DNA from: Hadesarchaea archaeon
Lineage (GTDB): Archaea > Hadarchaeota > Hadarchaeia > Hadarchaeales > Hadarchaeaceae
Reading direction: 5' to 3'
Assembly: GCA_030601665.1 (NCBI GenBank)
Contig: JAUWBP010000001.1
Span: 1-34,402 of the forward strand
DNA: 34,402 nt
The stretch's first letter is position 1. The number at the start of each line of letters is the position of its first letter. Positions 7,387 through 16,457 of the stretch are shown here, piece by piece. The notes under the pieces are model-generated. The model was not told the DNA's origin and ran no database searches. It saw only the letters and a program-made list of their open reading frames with translations. The position numbers and the translations under genes are program-made.

Positions 7387-8408
7387 TGTATCACCAATGG
7401 TTGAAGATTTTCTGGCAGTTTATCAACATCGCTCGCCACGGCGGGGATTATCGGCGGCTGACCCCAATTCTCAAAAACCTCCCACCCATACTCAGTTATT
7501 AATAATGTTATGAACTCGATTGCCAAATTCTCATTCGGCGCATTCTTGGGTATGGTTATCCCATAGACGATAGGTTTGGCGGTAAACATTTTTTCGTTCG
7601 CAAGCCGCACCTTAACTTGTTTATAGATGTTTTCGTAGTCTATGCTGGCTAGATTGATTCCATCGGGGAGCTCTACAAATCCAAATCCACGTTGGACCGC
7701 GACGCTTCTGTATTCAAATGCGTAATCGATGCTTTGTACTTCCAACTTGACAAGTAGGCTTACTGACTTATCTGAAATCTCCAGCTTATTGGTATTTGGA
7801 TCCAAGTCCTCTGGCACCTTTATTAGATAATTGTCGTTTCCCTCAATCGCCTCGATGTTGGTGTTGGCCACGATTAAATCATCAAAAATCGTGGAGTTAT
7901 CATAGCGAATTTCTGCAAGCTGAAAAACCATTGCCGTGCGATAGCCGCAGGGATCAAGGTTAGGGTTGCCAAATCCAAACTTCACGCCAGTTCTATTGAG
8001 GATTTCATACCAATTGTTCTCGTTGATCTCATCTGCATAATCGCTCTCGGTGGTATAGGTGAGCACCATTTCGTTACGTGCAAACTGGATATACCAATCC
8101 GCGTACTCGGGGAACATCATCATAGGGATTAGCGAGTAGTCCGCCGAGGCGAGGATGTCCGCAGCTTTATGAAGTTCAGTTATCTGCATAATGGCGTCCA
8201 CACTGCCATGGGATTCAAGTTGCACGTCTACATCATGAGAGCTTTCGAATTGTTTTTCAATTTCCTCAAAGGGTACCGTAAGGCTACCAGCGTGGGAAAT
8301 CTTCAGCACGCGTTTCCCCCCTATGGAAAATACGAGTACACCCAAGACGACGGCTATCGTTACCAGAGCGATAATGGTTTTTTCTGTGCCGATACTTTTC
8401 ATACTCAT
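7383..8408 (-). CDS. wtpA: tungstate/molybdate ABC transporter substrate-binding protein (WtpA-like)
   Basis: N-terminal membrane anchor (IIALVTIAVVLGVLVF), then ISHAGSLTVPFEEIEKQFE...ESHGSVDAIMQI...DILASADYSLIP, resembling the archaeal WtpA/ModA class. Confidence 0.7.
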   Translation of the reverse strand: MSMKSIGTEKTIIALVTIAVVLGVLVFSIGGKRVLKISHAGSLTVPFEEIEKQFESSHDVDVQLESHGSVDAIMQITELHKAADILASADYSLIPMMMFPEYADWYIQFARNEMVLTYTTESDYADEINENNWYEILNRTGVKFGFGNPNLDPCGYRTAMVFQLAEIRYDNSTIFDDLIVANTNIEAIEGNDNYLIKVPEDLDPNTNKLEISDKSVSLLVKLEVQSIDYAFEYRSVAVQRGFGFVELPDGINLASIDYENIYKQVKVRLANEKMFTAKPIVYGITIPKNAPNENLAIEFITLLITEYGWEVFENWGQPPIIPAVASDVDKLPENLQPLVIQ

Positions 8409-8557
8409 ATTTCCCCTTTAGTTAACTAACATGCTTAAAAATTTTCTTTTTGTTAATCATTAAAGGTTATCAAACGAAAACGTTTTTCCTACTGTCCCGC
8501 ACGCAAACTTATAAGCGCAGTCACCCACATTTTCTTGCAACAAAAGGAGTTGAAGAA

Positions 8558-8776
8558 GTGTATAGACCCAGAGAGCAAACGGGACCACCTGCACCGGTGA
8601 ACGTTGGCGATACCCACGACGTGAAGATTGAATCGAAGGGCAAAGGCGGAGATGGGATCGCCCGCATTCAGGGCTTCGTGGTCTTTGTACCGGGCGCGAA
8701 TCCCGGGGATGAAATAAAGGTCCGCATCAGTGCGGTGCGGCAAAGGTTTGCGACAGCTGAAGTTGTTACGGAGTAA
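8558..8776 (+). CDS. small stand-alone TRAM-domain RNA-binding protein
   Basis: (V)YRPREQTGPPAPVNVGDTHDVKIESKGKGGDGIARIQGFVVFVPGANPGDEIKVRISAVRQRFATAEVV is a typical ~70-aa archaeal TRAM protein. GTG at 8558 is 9 nt after AAGGAG. The upstream part of the listed ORF (from 8450) looks non-coding. Confidence 0.8.
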   Translation: MYRPREQTGPPAPVNVGDTHDVKIESKGKGGDGIARIQGFVVFVPGANPGDEIKVRISAVRQRFATAEVVTE

Positions 8777-8846
8777 GCTCATTTTTACTCTGGACTTTGG
8801 CAACCTCGCTTGGCTTAGCGGTAGCTATTTCAGGTTAATTGCTTAA

Positions 8847-9866
<1,020 letters not shown>

Positions 9867-10526
9867 ATGTTGATGAAGAAAGGAGCTGAGGCCAACCTCT
9901 ACCTCGAGCCATTCGCGCGGGTGCTCCATCGCGCGGGCGAGGGCAAAGTCGTGGTCAAACATCGAATTTCCAAGCGCTACCGAATTCTCGAGATCGATAA
10001 ACAGCTCCGGGAGTCAAGAACTACGCTCGAGTCGAAACTTTTTGCGGATGCCAAGCGAGCCGGGGTACCAACACCACTCGTCTACGAGGTCGACCGGACG
10101 GCCATGCGCATAGTGATGGAGTTCATCGATGGCAGGCAGGTGAAGCTCGTGCTGGACAAATTGAAACCCAAAACGAGACGGAAGCTCTGTGAGCTCATAG
10201 GTAGACAAGTAGCCCGCTTGCACCGCGCCGGCATTGTGCACGGAGATCTCACGACCTCAAACATGATCTTAACACGTGAGGGCAAGGTTTACTTCGTCGA
10301 CTTTGGGCTGGGTGAATACAATCCCTCGCTCGAAGCTCGCGGCGTTGATTTACATTTGCTTAGGCGCGCCCTTCAAAGTATCCATTTTCGTATCACCGAC
10401 GAGGCTTACCGCGCGGTTTTAGCCGGTTACAAGCGAGAATTCGGCGAGGGGGCAAACAAGGTGATCAAGCGGGTTGAAGAAATCAAGCGCCGCGGGCGTT
10501 ACGTGCCCAAGGAGGAGCGGGCATGA
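9867..10526 (+). CDS. bud32: KEOPS kinase/ATPase Bud32
   Basis: KGAEANLYLEPF, VVKHRISKRYR, GIVHGDLTTSNMIL, YFVDFGLG. The ATG abuts the kae1 stop (TAAATG). It is unfused to kae1. Confidence 0.9.
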   Translation: MLMKKGAEANLYLEPFARVLHRAGEGKVVVKHRISKRYRILEIDKQLRESRTTLESKLFADAKRAGVPTPLVYEVDRTAMRIVMEFIDGRQVKLVLDKLKPKTRRKLCELIGRQVARLHRAGIVHGDLTTSNMILTREGKVYFVDFGLGEYNPSLEARGVDLHLLRRALQSIHFRITDEAYRAVLAGYKREFGEGANKVIKRVEEIKRRGRYVPKEERA

Positions 10527-11095
10527 CACTGATCTTCGTCACGGGCAACCGTCACAAGGTCGAGGAGGTGAGCGAGCTAGCGGGGCGCCACGGCATTGAG
10601 CTCGAGCACCGCGACACGTCCTACATCGAGATCCAAGCGGACGAGCTCGAGCAAGTGGTTCGCCCGGGCGTCCAGCAAGCATGCGCCCTGCTCAGGCAAC
10701 CCTGTTTCGCTGAGGACGCCGGGCTCTTCATCGAGGTTCTGCACGGTTTCCCGGGCCCCTACTCCAACTTCATCCTCCGAACCTTGGGCAACCGAGGTTT
10801 GCTGAAGCTGATGAGTGGTGAAAAAGATCGGCGGGCCGAGTTCAGGTCAGCCGTCGGATACTGCGAGCCCGGGGAGAAGCCCGAGGTCTTCACGGGGAAA
10901 GTCGAGGGAACCATCGCGCTCGAGGCCAAGGGCACACAAGGATTTGGATTTGACCCAATTTTCGTACCGAGCGAGGGAGATGGGCGAACGTTCGCCGAGA
11001 TATCGACAGGCGAGAAGAACTGCTTCTCCCACCGAGCTCGGGCAATCGAAGCATTTTTCAGATGGTATCAACAAAAGGAAAAGGTCAGTGGGTGA
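10523..11095 (+). CDS. rdgB: non-canonical purine NTP pyrophosphatase (dITP/XTPase, Ham1/RdgB family)
   Basis: LIFVTGNRHKVEEV, EDAGLFIEVLHGFPGPYS, GFGFDPIFVP, FSHRARA. ATGA overlap with bud32. Confidence 0.88.
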   Translation: MTLIFVTGNRHKVEEVSELAGRHGIELEHRDTSYIEIQADELEQVVRPGVQQACALLRQPCFAEDAGLFIEVLHGFPGPYSNFILRTLGNRGLLKLMSGEKDRRAEFRSAVGYCEPGEKPEVFTGKVEGTIALEAKGTQGFGFDPIFVPSEGDGRTFAEISTGEKNCFSHRARAIEAFFRWYQQKEKVSG

Positions 11096-11099
11096 ACGA

Positions 11100-11522
11100 A
11101 TGGCGAGCGAGCGAAGGAAACGTGCGGGCGCAAGGCTGAGCGAGCTATCTTCGCGCGAGGTGGAGGATCTCGTGGTGAAGCTTGCGAAGGAGGGCACCCC
11201 TCCGAGCCTAATAGGCATAATCCTGCGCGACCAGCATGCGGTTCCCAGCATCAATGAGGCGACGGGGAAGAGTGTGAAGCAGATTTTTGATGCCAACGAC
11301 ATAAAACCCGAGTTGCCCGAGGATCTCATAAATAAAATTCGCAAGGCGGTGTCCCTGTACAGCCACCTTGACCGCAACCCGAAGGATTTCGGGAGCAAGC
11401 GCGCGCTGGAAGTGATCGAGGCCGAGATCAACAAGCTGGCCAAGTACTACAAGCAAAAAGGGGGTTTGCCACCCAACTGGCGGTACGACCGCGAGCGAGC
11501 AGCCCTCTTGGTGCGAGCATAA
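11100..11522 (+). CDS. rps15: 30S ribosomal protein S15 (uS15, archaeal type)
   Basis: MASERRKRAGARLSELSSREVEDLVVKLAKEGTPPSLIGIILRDQHAVPSI...SKRALEVIEAEINKLAKYYK. The listed ORF start at 10815 overlaps rdgB in another frame and is not credible. Confidence 0.88.
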   Translation: MASERRKRAGARLSELSSREVEDLVVKLAKEGTPPSLIGIILRDQHAVPSINEATGKSVKQIFDANDIKPELPEDLINKIRKAVSLYSHLDRNPKDFGSKRALEVIEAEINKLAKYYKQKGGLPPNWRYDRERAALLVRA

Positions 11523-11550
11523 GACAACAGATTTCTCTCATTTTTTACAA
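11523..11550 (+). terminator. oligo-T tract after rps15
   Basis: TCTCTCATTTTTTAC, with T6 at 11541-11546 about 20 nt after the stop. Archaeal termination commonly uses oligo-T. Confidence 0.3.
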
Positions 11551-11625
11551 TAACCCGCGACAAGCGTTAATAGCTCCGATTGTAATAGGCTAAAAGAAAG
11601 CCATAAATTCACGGGAGGTTCTAGC

Positions 11626-13035
11626 ATGGGTCGTGCTGAAATCCGGAGGTTCCAGCAAGCAGCCGAGGAGGTAGTTTCATTCCTCAAGCCGAGACTGGGC
11701 GGTGATACCCGCGCCAAGATTATTTCCCACACGGATGCAGACGGGATAGCCGGAGCAGCGATCTTCGCGAGATGTCTTTACACGTATAACGTCTCTTTCA
11801 ACGTCAAGTTCACACGTCCGTTAAAGCCGGACGAGGTGGCCGAGCTCGGGAAGGAAGGCCACGACCTCTTCGTGTTCATCGACCAAGGGAGCGGCCAGAT
11901 CGAGGCGATCCACAAGTTCATCCTCAGCCAAAAGCGCGATGTCGTCGTGATCGACCATCACCCGGGGGAGTTCCCCGAGCACCCCAACTTAGCTTACTTG
12001 AACCCTCACGCGTGCGGGCTCAACGGCGCGAAGGATGTGAGCGCCAGCGGGGCCGTTTATTCCATCGTCGAGCACATAGACCGAAGCTTTAGACCGCTCG
12101 TGGGGCTCGCGGTCGCAGGGGCGATCGGTGACCGCCAGGAATTCTTCTCGGGGTTCACGGGAGTCAATGACACCTTGGTAAAGCGGGCGATTGATTTGGG
12201 TTTCTTGCGCGTGGGCGAGGGGCTGAGACTTATCGGGCGCACCCTGAGCCCAGTGGTGGAATGCCTCAGGCTTACAACGAGGCCCTACATCTCCGGGATC
12301 TCCGGAAACCCATCGGCATGTCGTTCTCTTGTCGACACACTCGGCCTCTCGCCATCTAGTACTTTGGTCGAGCTAGGCTCGGAGACGGAGCGGAGGCTGC
12401 GGGATGCTCTCTTCGCCCGAGTTGGTTCCCTAGCGACCAGTGAGGAGTTCTGCCACACGCTTTGGGGGACAACCTATAGCCTGACCACGGAAGACCTTGT
12501 CGGCCCTCGCGACCTCAGGGAGTACGTGGCGGTGCTCGACGCGTGCAGAGACCTCCAAAAGTCGGAGGTCGGCTTCGCCGTGGCGGTGGGCGACCGGACG
12601 GCACAGACCGAGGCGCTGGCCCTCCTGAACAGCCGTCAGGAACAAATGCTGGAGGCGTTAGGATGGTTCGTCTCCCACCCCGACACCTTCAAGCTCACGC
12701 CAAGCTTGAGGTACATCTACTTCGGCAGTGCAGTGAATTCAGCAATGGTGGGTGAGGTGCTCTCGCTCGCAATGGAATCGGGGTTGGTCACAACGGATCG
12801 CCCGATTGTCGGCATCGCGGACGCCGGCGCGGAGGAGTTGAAGATTTCGGCTCGAAGTACACCCGGCTTGGCGATGCTGGGAATAAATGTTGGGCGGGCC
12901 TTGGCGATGGCTGCAGGGATAGTGGGAGGTAAGGGCGGGGGCCACGATGTGGCGGCTGCAGCCCGAATACCGCGGGAACGGATGAACGAATTTTTAGCCC
13001 AGCTGGATCAACTGCTCTCGGGAGGCGACAGATGA
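11626..13035 (+). CDS. RecJ/Cdc45-like DHH-DHHA1 phosphoesterase (archaeal RecJ/GAN family), paralogue 1
   Basis: DHH motifs ISHTDADGIAGAAIF, FIDQGSG, VVVIDHHPGE, GAIGDRQ. DHHA1 motif GGGHDVAAAARIP. 469 aa. Confidence 0.85.
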   Translation: MGRAEIRRFQQAAEEVVSFLKPRLGGDTRAKIISHTDADGIAGAAIFARCLYTYNVSFNVKFTRPLKPDEVAELGKEGHDLFVFIDQGSGQIEAIHKFILSQKRDVVVIDHHPGEFPEHPNLAYLNPHACGLNGAKDVSASGAVYSIVEHIDRSFRPLVGLAVAGAIGDRQEFFSGFTGVNDTLVKRAIDLGFLRVGEGLRLIGRTLSPVVECLRLTTRPYISGISGNPSACRSLVDTLGLSPSSTLVELGSETERRLRDALFARVGSLATSEEFCHTLWGTTYSLTTEDLVGPRDLREYVAVLDACRDLQKSEVGFAVAVGDRTAQTEALALLNSRQEQMLEALGWFVSHPDTFKLTPSLRYIYFGSAVNSAMVGEVLSLAMESGLVTTDRPIVGIADAGAEELKISARSTPGLAMLGINVGRALAMAAGIVGGKGGGHDVAAAARIPRERMNEFLAQLDQLLSGGDR

Positions 13036-14450
13036 GCTACGAAGAGCAGGTCCAACAGCTCTTCAGAACGGACCCCGGCTTCGCGAGTACAGTGAGACTG
13101 CTCGAGAAGCTGAATAAGCTCAAGCATCCCCGCGTGCTCAATTTCTCGCATCACGACCTCGATGGAATTACAAGCGCCTTCATCGTTCGGCGGCTGCTCG
13201 AGCGCTATCTGGACGCGGAGGTCGTGACAAAGCTCCCCCCATACTTCAAATTGTCAGAGGAGTCGCTCCGGGAAACTTTGGAGGGCGAAGGTCGTTTTGA
13301 TTTACTTTTGCTTACGGACAAGGGAACGTTTGGATACTACGATGATTTTCTGAAGTGCATCGAGCGAGTTTTGATTTTAGATCATCATCCACACGATGGC
13401 AGACCCAAGCGATGTACCGTGCTCAATCCATCGATCGATCGTCCAGTGCCCGCCGCGGCATCCTTGCTCTGCCATATGCTCACTACCAAGCTTGGCTCAA
13501 CTGACGATTATGACGACTTCGCGGCGCTCCTTGGCTGTCGGGGTGATTTCGCGTTTGACCCCGTGCAAAAGACCTCCGTGGACTTCGTTAGGCCATTCAT
13601 CGAGCGAGCAAGGGAGAAGTTCCCGCATGCGTTTGAGATCAAGCTGGAGCGTTCGACGATGTTCGACTTGCTTGACGTGAACCGTACTGTGCTCATAAAT
13701 CAAATTGGGGAGGTATTACACGCGGGCTGTTTGGCACACCTCTACAACCAAACCTTGGGCATCGATATGCACTACGGCCCGGAGCTCGTCTTCAATTTCT
13801 TACTCGAGCTGGTGAAGCGGGAAGATAGGCCGGCCGATTTTCGCACGATCGCAGATGTGTTGGGGCGCATGCCGAAGGGCCAAATGTTATCTCGGGTGTT
13901 CGAACAATACAAATCGGATTGGAACATGCTCAACAGGCGAGCTAAAAACACGGTGTTTTTGGATGAGGTTCTTGGCGTGGGGATTTACATGCTGTTCGCC
14001 GAGGAGGCGCCGGCGATGCGGGCGACGCCGTTTCCGGCAATTCTCCCCTTTGTTGCTTCAAAGCGTTTGGACGAGCTGAAGCTGGCGGGTGGCCACCTCC
14101 ACGTGATGTTGACCATCTTCTGCCCGAAGGAACGAGGGGTCCACATTTCGATGCGCGGGGGCGGTGGGATGCTCGACTGTGGGATGATGTGCTTCCAACT
14201 GGCGAGTCATCTGCGAGAGCTATACCCGGAGCAGGAGGGCATAGGGGGTGGAGGGCACGACCGCGCAGCCGAGTGCGTGGTCGACAAGCCCGTGCCGATG
14301 TACGCGGTGATGCATGGGCTGCTGGCGCTTGTGCAGGAGATGAGTAGAATAGCCAAGGCGCTCAAGAGCGGCGAGGTGACGCAAGAAGATGCTGAAAAGG
14401 CGAGGTTGCTTGGACTGGACCGCAATTTGAAAGTTGACTCAGTTTTGTAA
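13032..14450 (+). CDS. RecJ/Cdc45-like DHH-DHHA1 phosphoesterase, paralogue 2
   Basis: FSHHDLDGITSAFIV, LLLTDKGT, LILDHHPHDG, GCRGDFAFD, GGGGHDRAAECVV. 472 aa. ATGA overlap with paralogue 1. Confidence 0.85.
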   Translation: MSYEEQVQQLFRTDPGFASTVRLLEKLNKLKHPRVLNFSHHDLDGITSAFIVRRLLERYLDAEVVTKLPPYFKLSEESLRETLEGEGRFDLLLLTDKGTFGYYDDFLKCIERVLILDHHPHDGRPKRCTVLNPSIDRPVPAAASLLCHMLTTKLGSTDDYDDFAALLGCRGDFAFDPVQKTSVDFVRPFIERAREKFPHAFEIKLERSTMFDLLDVNRTVLINQIGEVLHAGCLAHLYNQTLGIDMHYGPELVFNFLLELVKREDRPADFRTIADVLGRMPKGQMLSRVFEQYKSDWNMLNRRAKNTVFLDEVLGVGIYMLFAEEAPAMRATPFPAILPFVASKRLDELKLAGGHLHVMLTIFCPKERGVHISMRGGGGMLDCGMMCFQLASHLRELYPEQEGIGGGGHDRAAECVVDKPVPMYAVMHGLLALVQEMSRIAKALKSGEVTQEDAEKARLLGLDRNLKVDSVL

Positions 14451-14518
14451 CTACACTTGATTTCTTCTCCCATTGACCAAGTTTTAAGAGCCTGGGCGAA
14501 AGATGATTTGGGAATCAT

Positions 14519-14944
14519 ATGACATTGGAGCAGAGCGAGTACCAGAAGTTGGTGGAGCGAATAATCGAGCTTTTCGAGCGTCACCGCGGAGACCCGAGTG
14601 CGCGTGAGGCCATTCTCTCGGAGCTGAGAACCCTCTACAAAAAAATCCCGATTTATCCCGGGATCATCACCGAACTGTTGCCGAAGGTCGTCCAATCGAC
14701 CGAGCTGGATAAGCTGAAAGAGGGGGAGGAAGTGGCGTTCGTTTTGAGGGATGGGTGCACGGTATCGGGGAAGGTAGCGGAAATCGGTCCGAGTGAGATA
14801 AAACTTGACGAGGGCAGGCGATTAGATATCAGCAGCTTGGCCGAGAAGGTTTCGGTGCGAAGAGAAGACGTGCGGGAGGCAAAGGTCATCTCGCGCGTCG
14901 TGCTCGAGAAGGAATGGCCGAGCTTGGATTTCGAAGAGGAGTGA
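14519..14944 (+). CDS. hypothetical protein (141 aa), helical N-half plus small beta-rich core
   Basis: The ORF has native composition and lies co-directionally between recJ-like 2 and clp1. The segment EEVAFVLRDGCTVSGKVAEIGPSEIKLDEG looks like an Sm/SH3-like strand pattern. No family recognised. Confidence 0.6.
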   Translation: MTLEQSEYQKLVERIIELFERHRGDPSAREAILSELRTLYKKIPIYPGIITELLPKVVQSTELDKLKEGEEVAFVLRDGCTVSGKVAEIGPSEIKLDEGRRLDISSLAEKVSVRREDVREAKVISRVVLEKEWPSLDFEEE

Positions 14945-14953
14945 GGTGCCCGT

Positions 14954-16210
14954 TTGCCTGAACTCAAACTCAAGCGCGGCGATGTGGTAATGCTCGAAGG
15001 GCAGCTCAGCCTCGAAGTGAGAGAAGGTGAGGTGTTGATAAGCGGCGGACTCCGTGGGAAGGGGAGCCGGACCGTCATACCTCGTGCGAAGTCGGTGCCC
15101 CTTGAAGCTGAAGGAGATGCACTCGTTGCATACACGCTTGGGCGGGACGGGAAGGTCGAGCAGCTATCGAAGCGGACTATTCCTCGCGAATGGGATGCGC
15201 TCATCTCGGAGGTCATCCAGCAAAGGCCCAAAAAAATATTAGTGATGGGAAGCGTCGATGTCGGCAAGAGCTTCTTCACAACCTACTTAGCAAACACCAT
15301 GCTTAGGCATGGGCTTCGGCCGGGGGCGATTGATAGCGACGTGGGGCAATCTGATGTCGGCCCTCCGACGACGATGGGGCTGGGAATCTTTGAGCAGCCC
15401 GTTGCCCAGCTCTACGAGGTCCCACTCTCGAGCGCTTACTTCGTGGGCTCGATGTCTCCCTCAGAGCACATGCTTGAGTTCGTCGTAGGGGTGAAATGGT
15501 TGGTTGAACACGGTTTGAAGAAGGCGGACTCGGTAATCGTTAACACCCCAGGCTGGATTTTCGGTGGCCCTGGTCGATCTCTTCAGCTTTATACATTGGA
15601 GACGATTGACCCAGATATCGTAGTCGCTATCCAGCGCGAGGGGGAGCTCGAGCATCTGCTATCGAGCGTTCCTCAAGCGAGGGTAAGGCGGCTACCGGTT
15701 TCGAAGAAGGTCAGATCCCGCTCCTCCACAGAGCGCGCGTCACTGCGGGCGATGATGCTTGGGAAGTGCTTTGAGGATGCTGGCAAGCTTGTCCTAAACT
15801 TGCGGAAGGTAAGACTCCAGCGCTGCTACCTCCACACGGGCAGGCCCATCGATGTTGGAACGCTTGGGGTGAAGGCGCAAATAACCCACGCGGAGCAGAT
15901 GCCTGAGGGATTGTTAATCGTCACGAAAAGGAGAATGGATAAGGGTGCAATTCAGGAGCTTGAGGCGAGGTTCGGGCGCGTGAGGACCATAATCCAAGGC
16001 AGTGAGCGAAACATAATGGTGGGATTGACAAACGATGCAAATGAGCTACTGGGCATGGGGATAATAGAGCGAATAGACTACGAACGGGGTCGGATGGTGG
16101 TGCTCACACCCGTCAAAAATGCGGACGAGGTCGCTGGCGTGCAGTTTGGCTCGATGCGGATAAAGCCGGACGGCGAGGAAATCGGCACCGTAAGGCAAGG
16201 CACATTTTGA
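14954..16210 (+). CDS. clp1: Clp1/Grc3-family polynucleotide 5'-hydroxyl kinase
   Basis: P-loop ILVMGSVDVGKSFFTTYLAN. Clp1-type IDSDVGQSDVGPP (D-x-D-x-GQ). An N-terminal beta domain precedes the kinase core. TTG start. Confidence 0.8.
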   Translation: MPELKLKRGDVVMLEGQLSLEVREGEVLISGGLRGKGSRTVIPRAKSVPLEAEGDALVAYTLGRDGKVEQLSKRTIPREWDALISEVIQQRPKKILVMGSVDVGKSFFTTYLANTMLRHGLRPGAIDSDVGQSDVGPPTTMGLGIFEQPVAQLYEVPLSSAYFVGSMSPSEHMLEFVVGVKWLVEHGLKKADSVIVNTPGWIFGGPGRSLQLYTLETIDPDIVVAIQREGELEHLLSSVPQARVRRLPVSKKVRSRSSTERASLRAMMLGKCFEDAGKLVLNLRKVRLQRCYLHTGRPIDVGTLGVKAQITHAEQMPEGLLIVTKRRMDKGAIQELEARFGRVRTIIQGSERNIMVGLTNDANELLGMGIIERIDYERGRMVVLTPVKNADEVAGVQFGSMRIKPDGEEIGTVRQGTF

Positions 16211-16219
16211 GGTTCCATT

Positions 16220-16453
16220 GTGAAAATGCGAGCAAATGTTGTTTGTGGTTATAAAAAGCAAGAAGCTGCCAAAGCGATTGCCGCAGCGCTCCAGCCGGAT
16301 AACCTCCAGGCCCCAAAAGGGGTTCGGGTGAGGACGAAGGTGGATATCGCGCGCGTAACTACCTTGGTGGAGTTGGATGGTAGAATTGAGACGCTTTTGG
16401 CGACGCTCGACGATTTACTAGCGTGCACTTCTACCGCTGAGGACGTCCTATAG
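16220..16453 (+). CDS. Pcc1-like small protein (possible KEOPS Pcc2 paralogue)
   Basis: 77 aa. AAKAIAAALQPDN...VRVRTKVDIARVTTLVELDGRIETLLATLDDLLACTSTAEDVL has the same architecture as the bona fide Pcc1 at 31142-31402 (A..AL.P.. / strand-strand / helix L(R)A.L(N/D)..L). Confidence 0.6.
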   Translation: MKMRANVVCGYKKQEAAKAIAAALQPDNLQAPKGVRVRTKVDIARVTTLVELDGRIETLLATLDDLLACTSTAEDVL

Positions 16454-16457
16454 TTGC

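Noticed and set aside
8450-8557. N-terminal 36 codons of the listed 108-aa TRAM ORF.
   Set aside because: The stretch is AT-rich spacer sequence with no SD. The TRAM domain and a good AAGGAG-GTG start begin at 8558.
10815-11099. Upstream 95 codons of the listed 235-aa ORF containing S15.
   Set aside because: This part overlaps rdgB in another frame and is R/S/P-rich nonsense. S15 homology starts at the ATG at 11100, 4 nt after the rdgB stop.
14653-15279. Long antisense or alternative-frame ORFs across the window: 14653-15279(-), 10847-11443(-), 18420-18842(-), 19041-19697(-), 22186-22815(-), 28301-28928(-), 22008-22517(+), 25268-25582(+), 24305-24812(-), 33838-34140(-).
   Set aside because: Each lies entirely within or opposite a confidently identified conserved gene. 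They have S/R/P/A-rich shadow-ORF composition and lack motifs.
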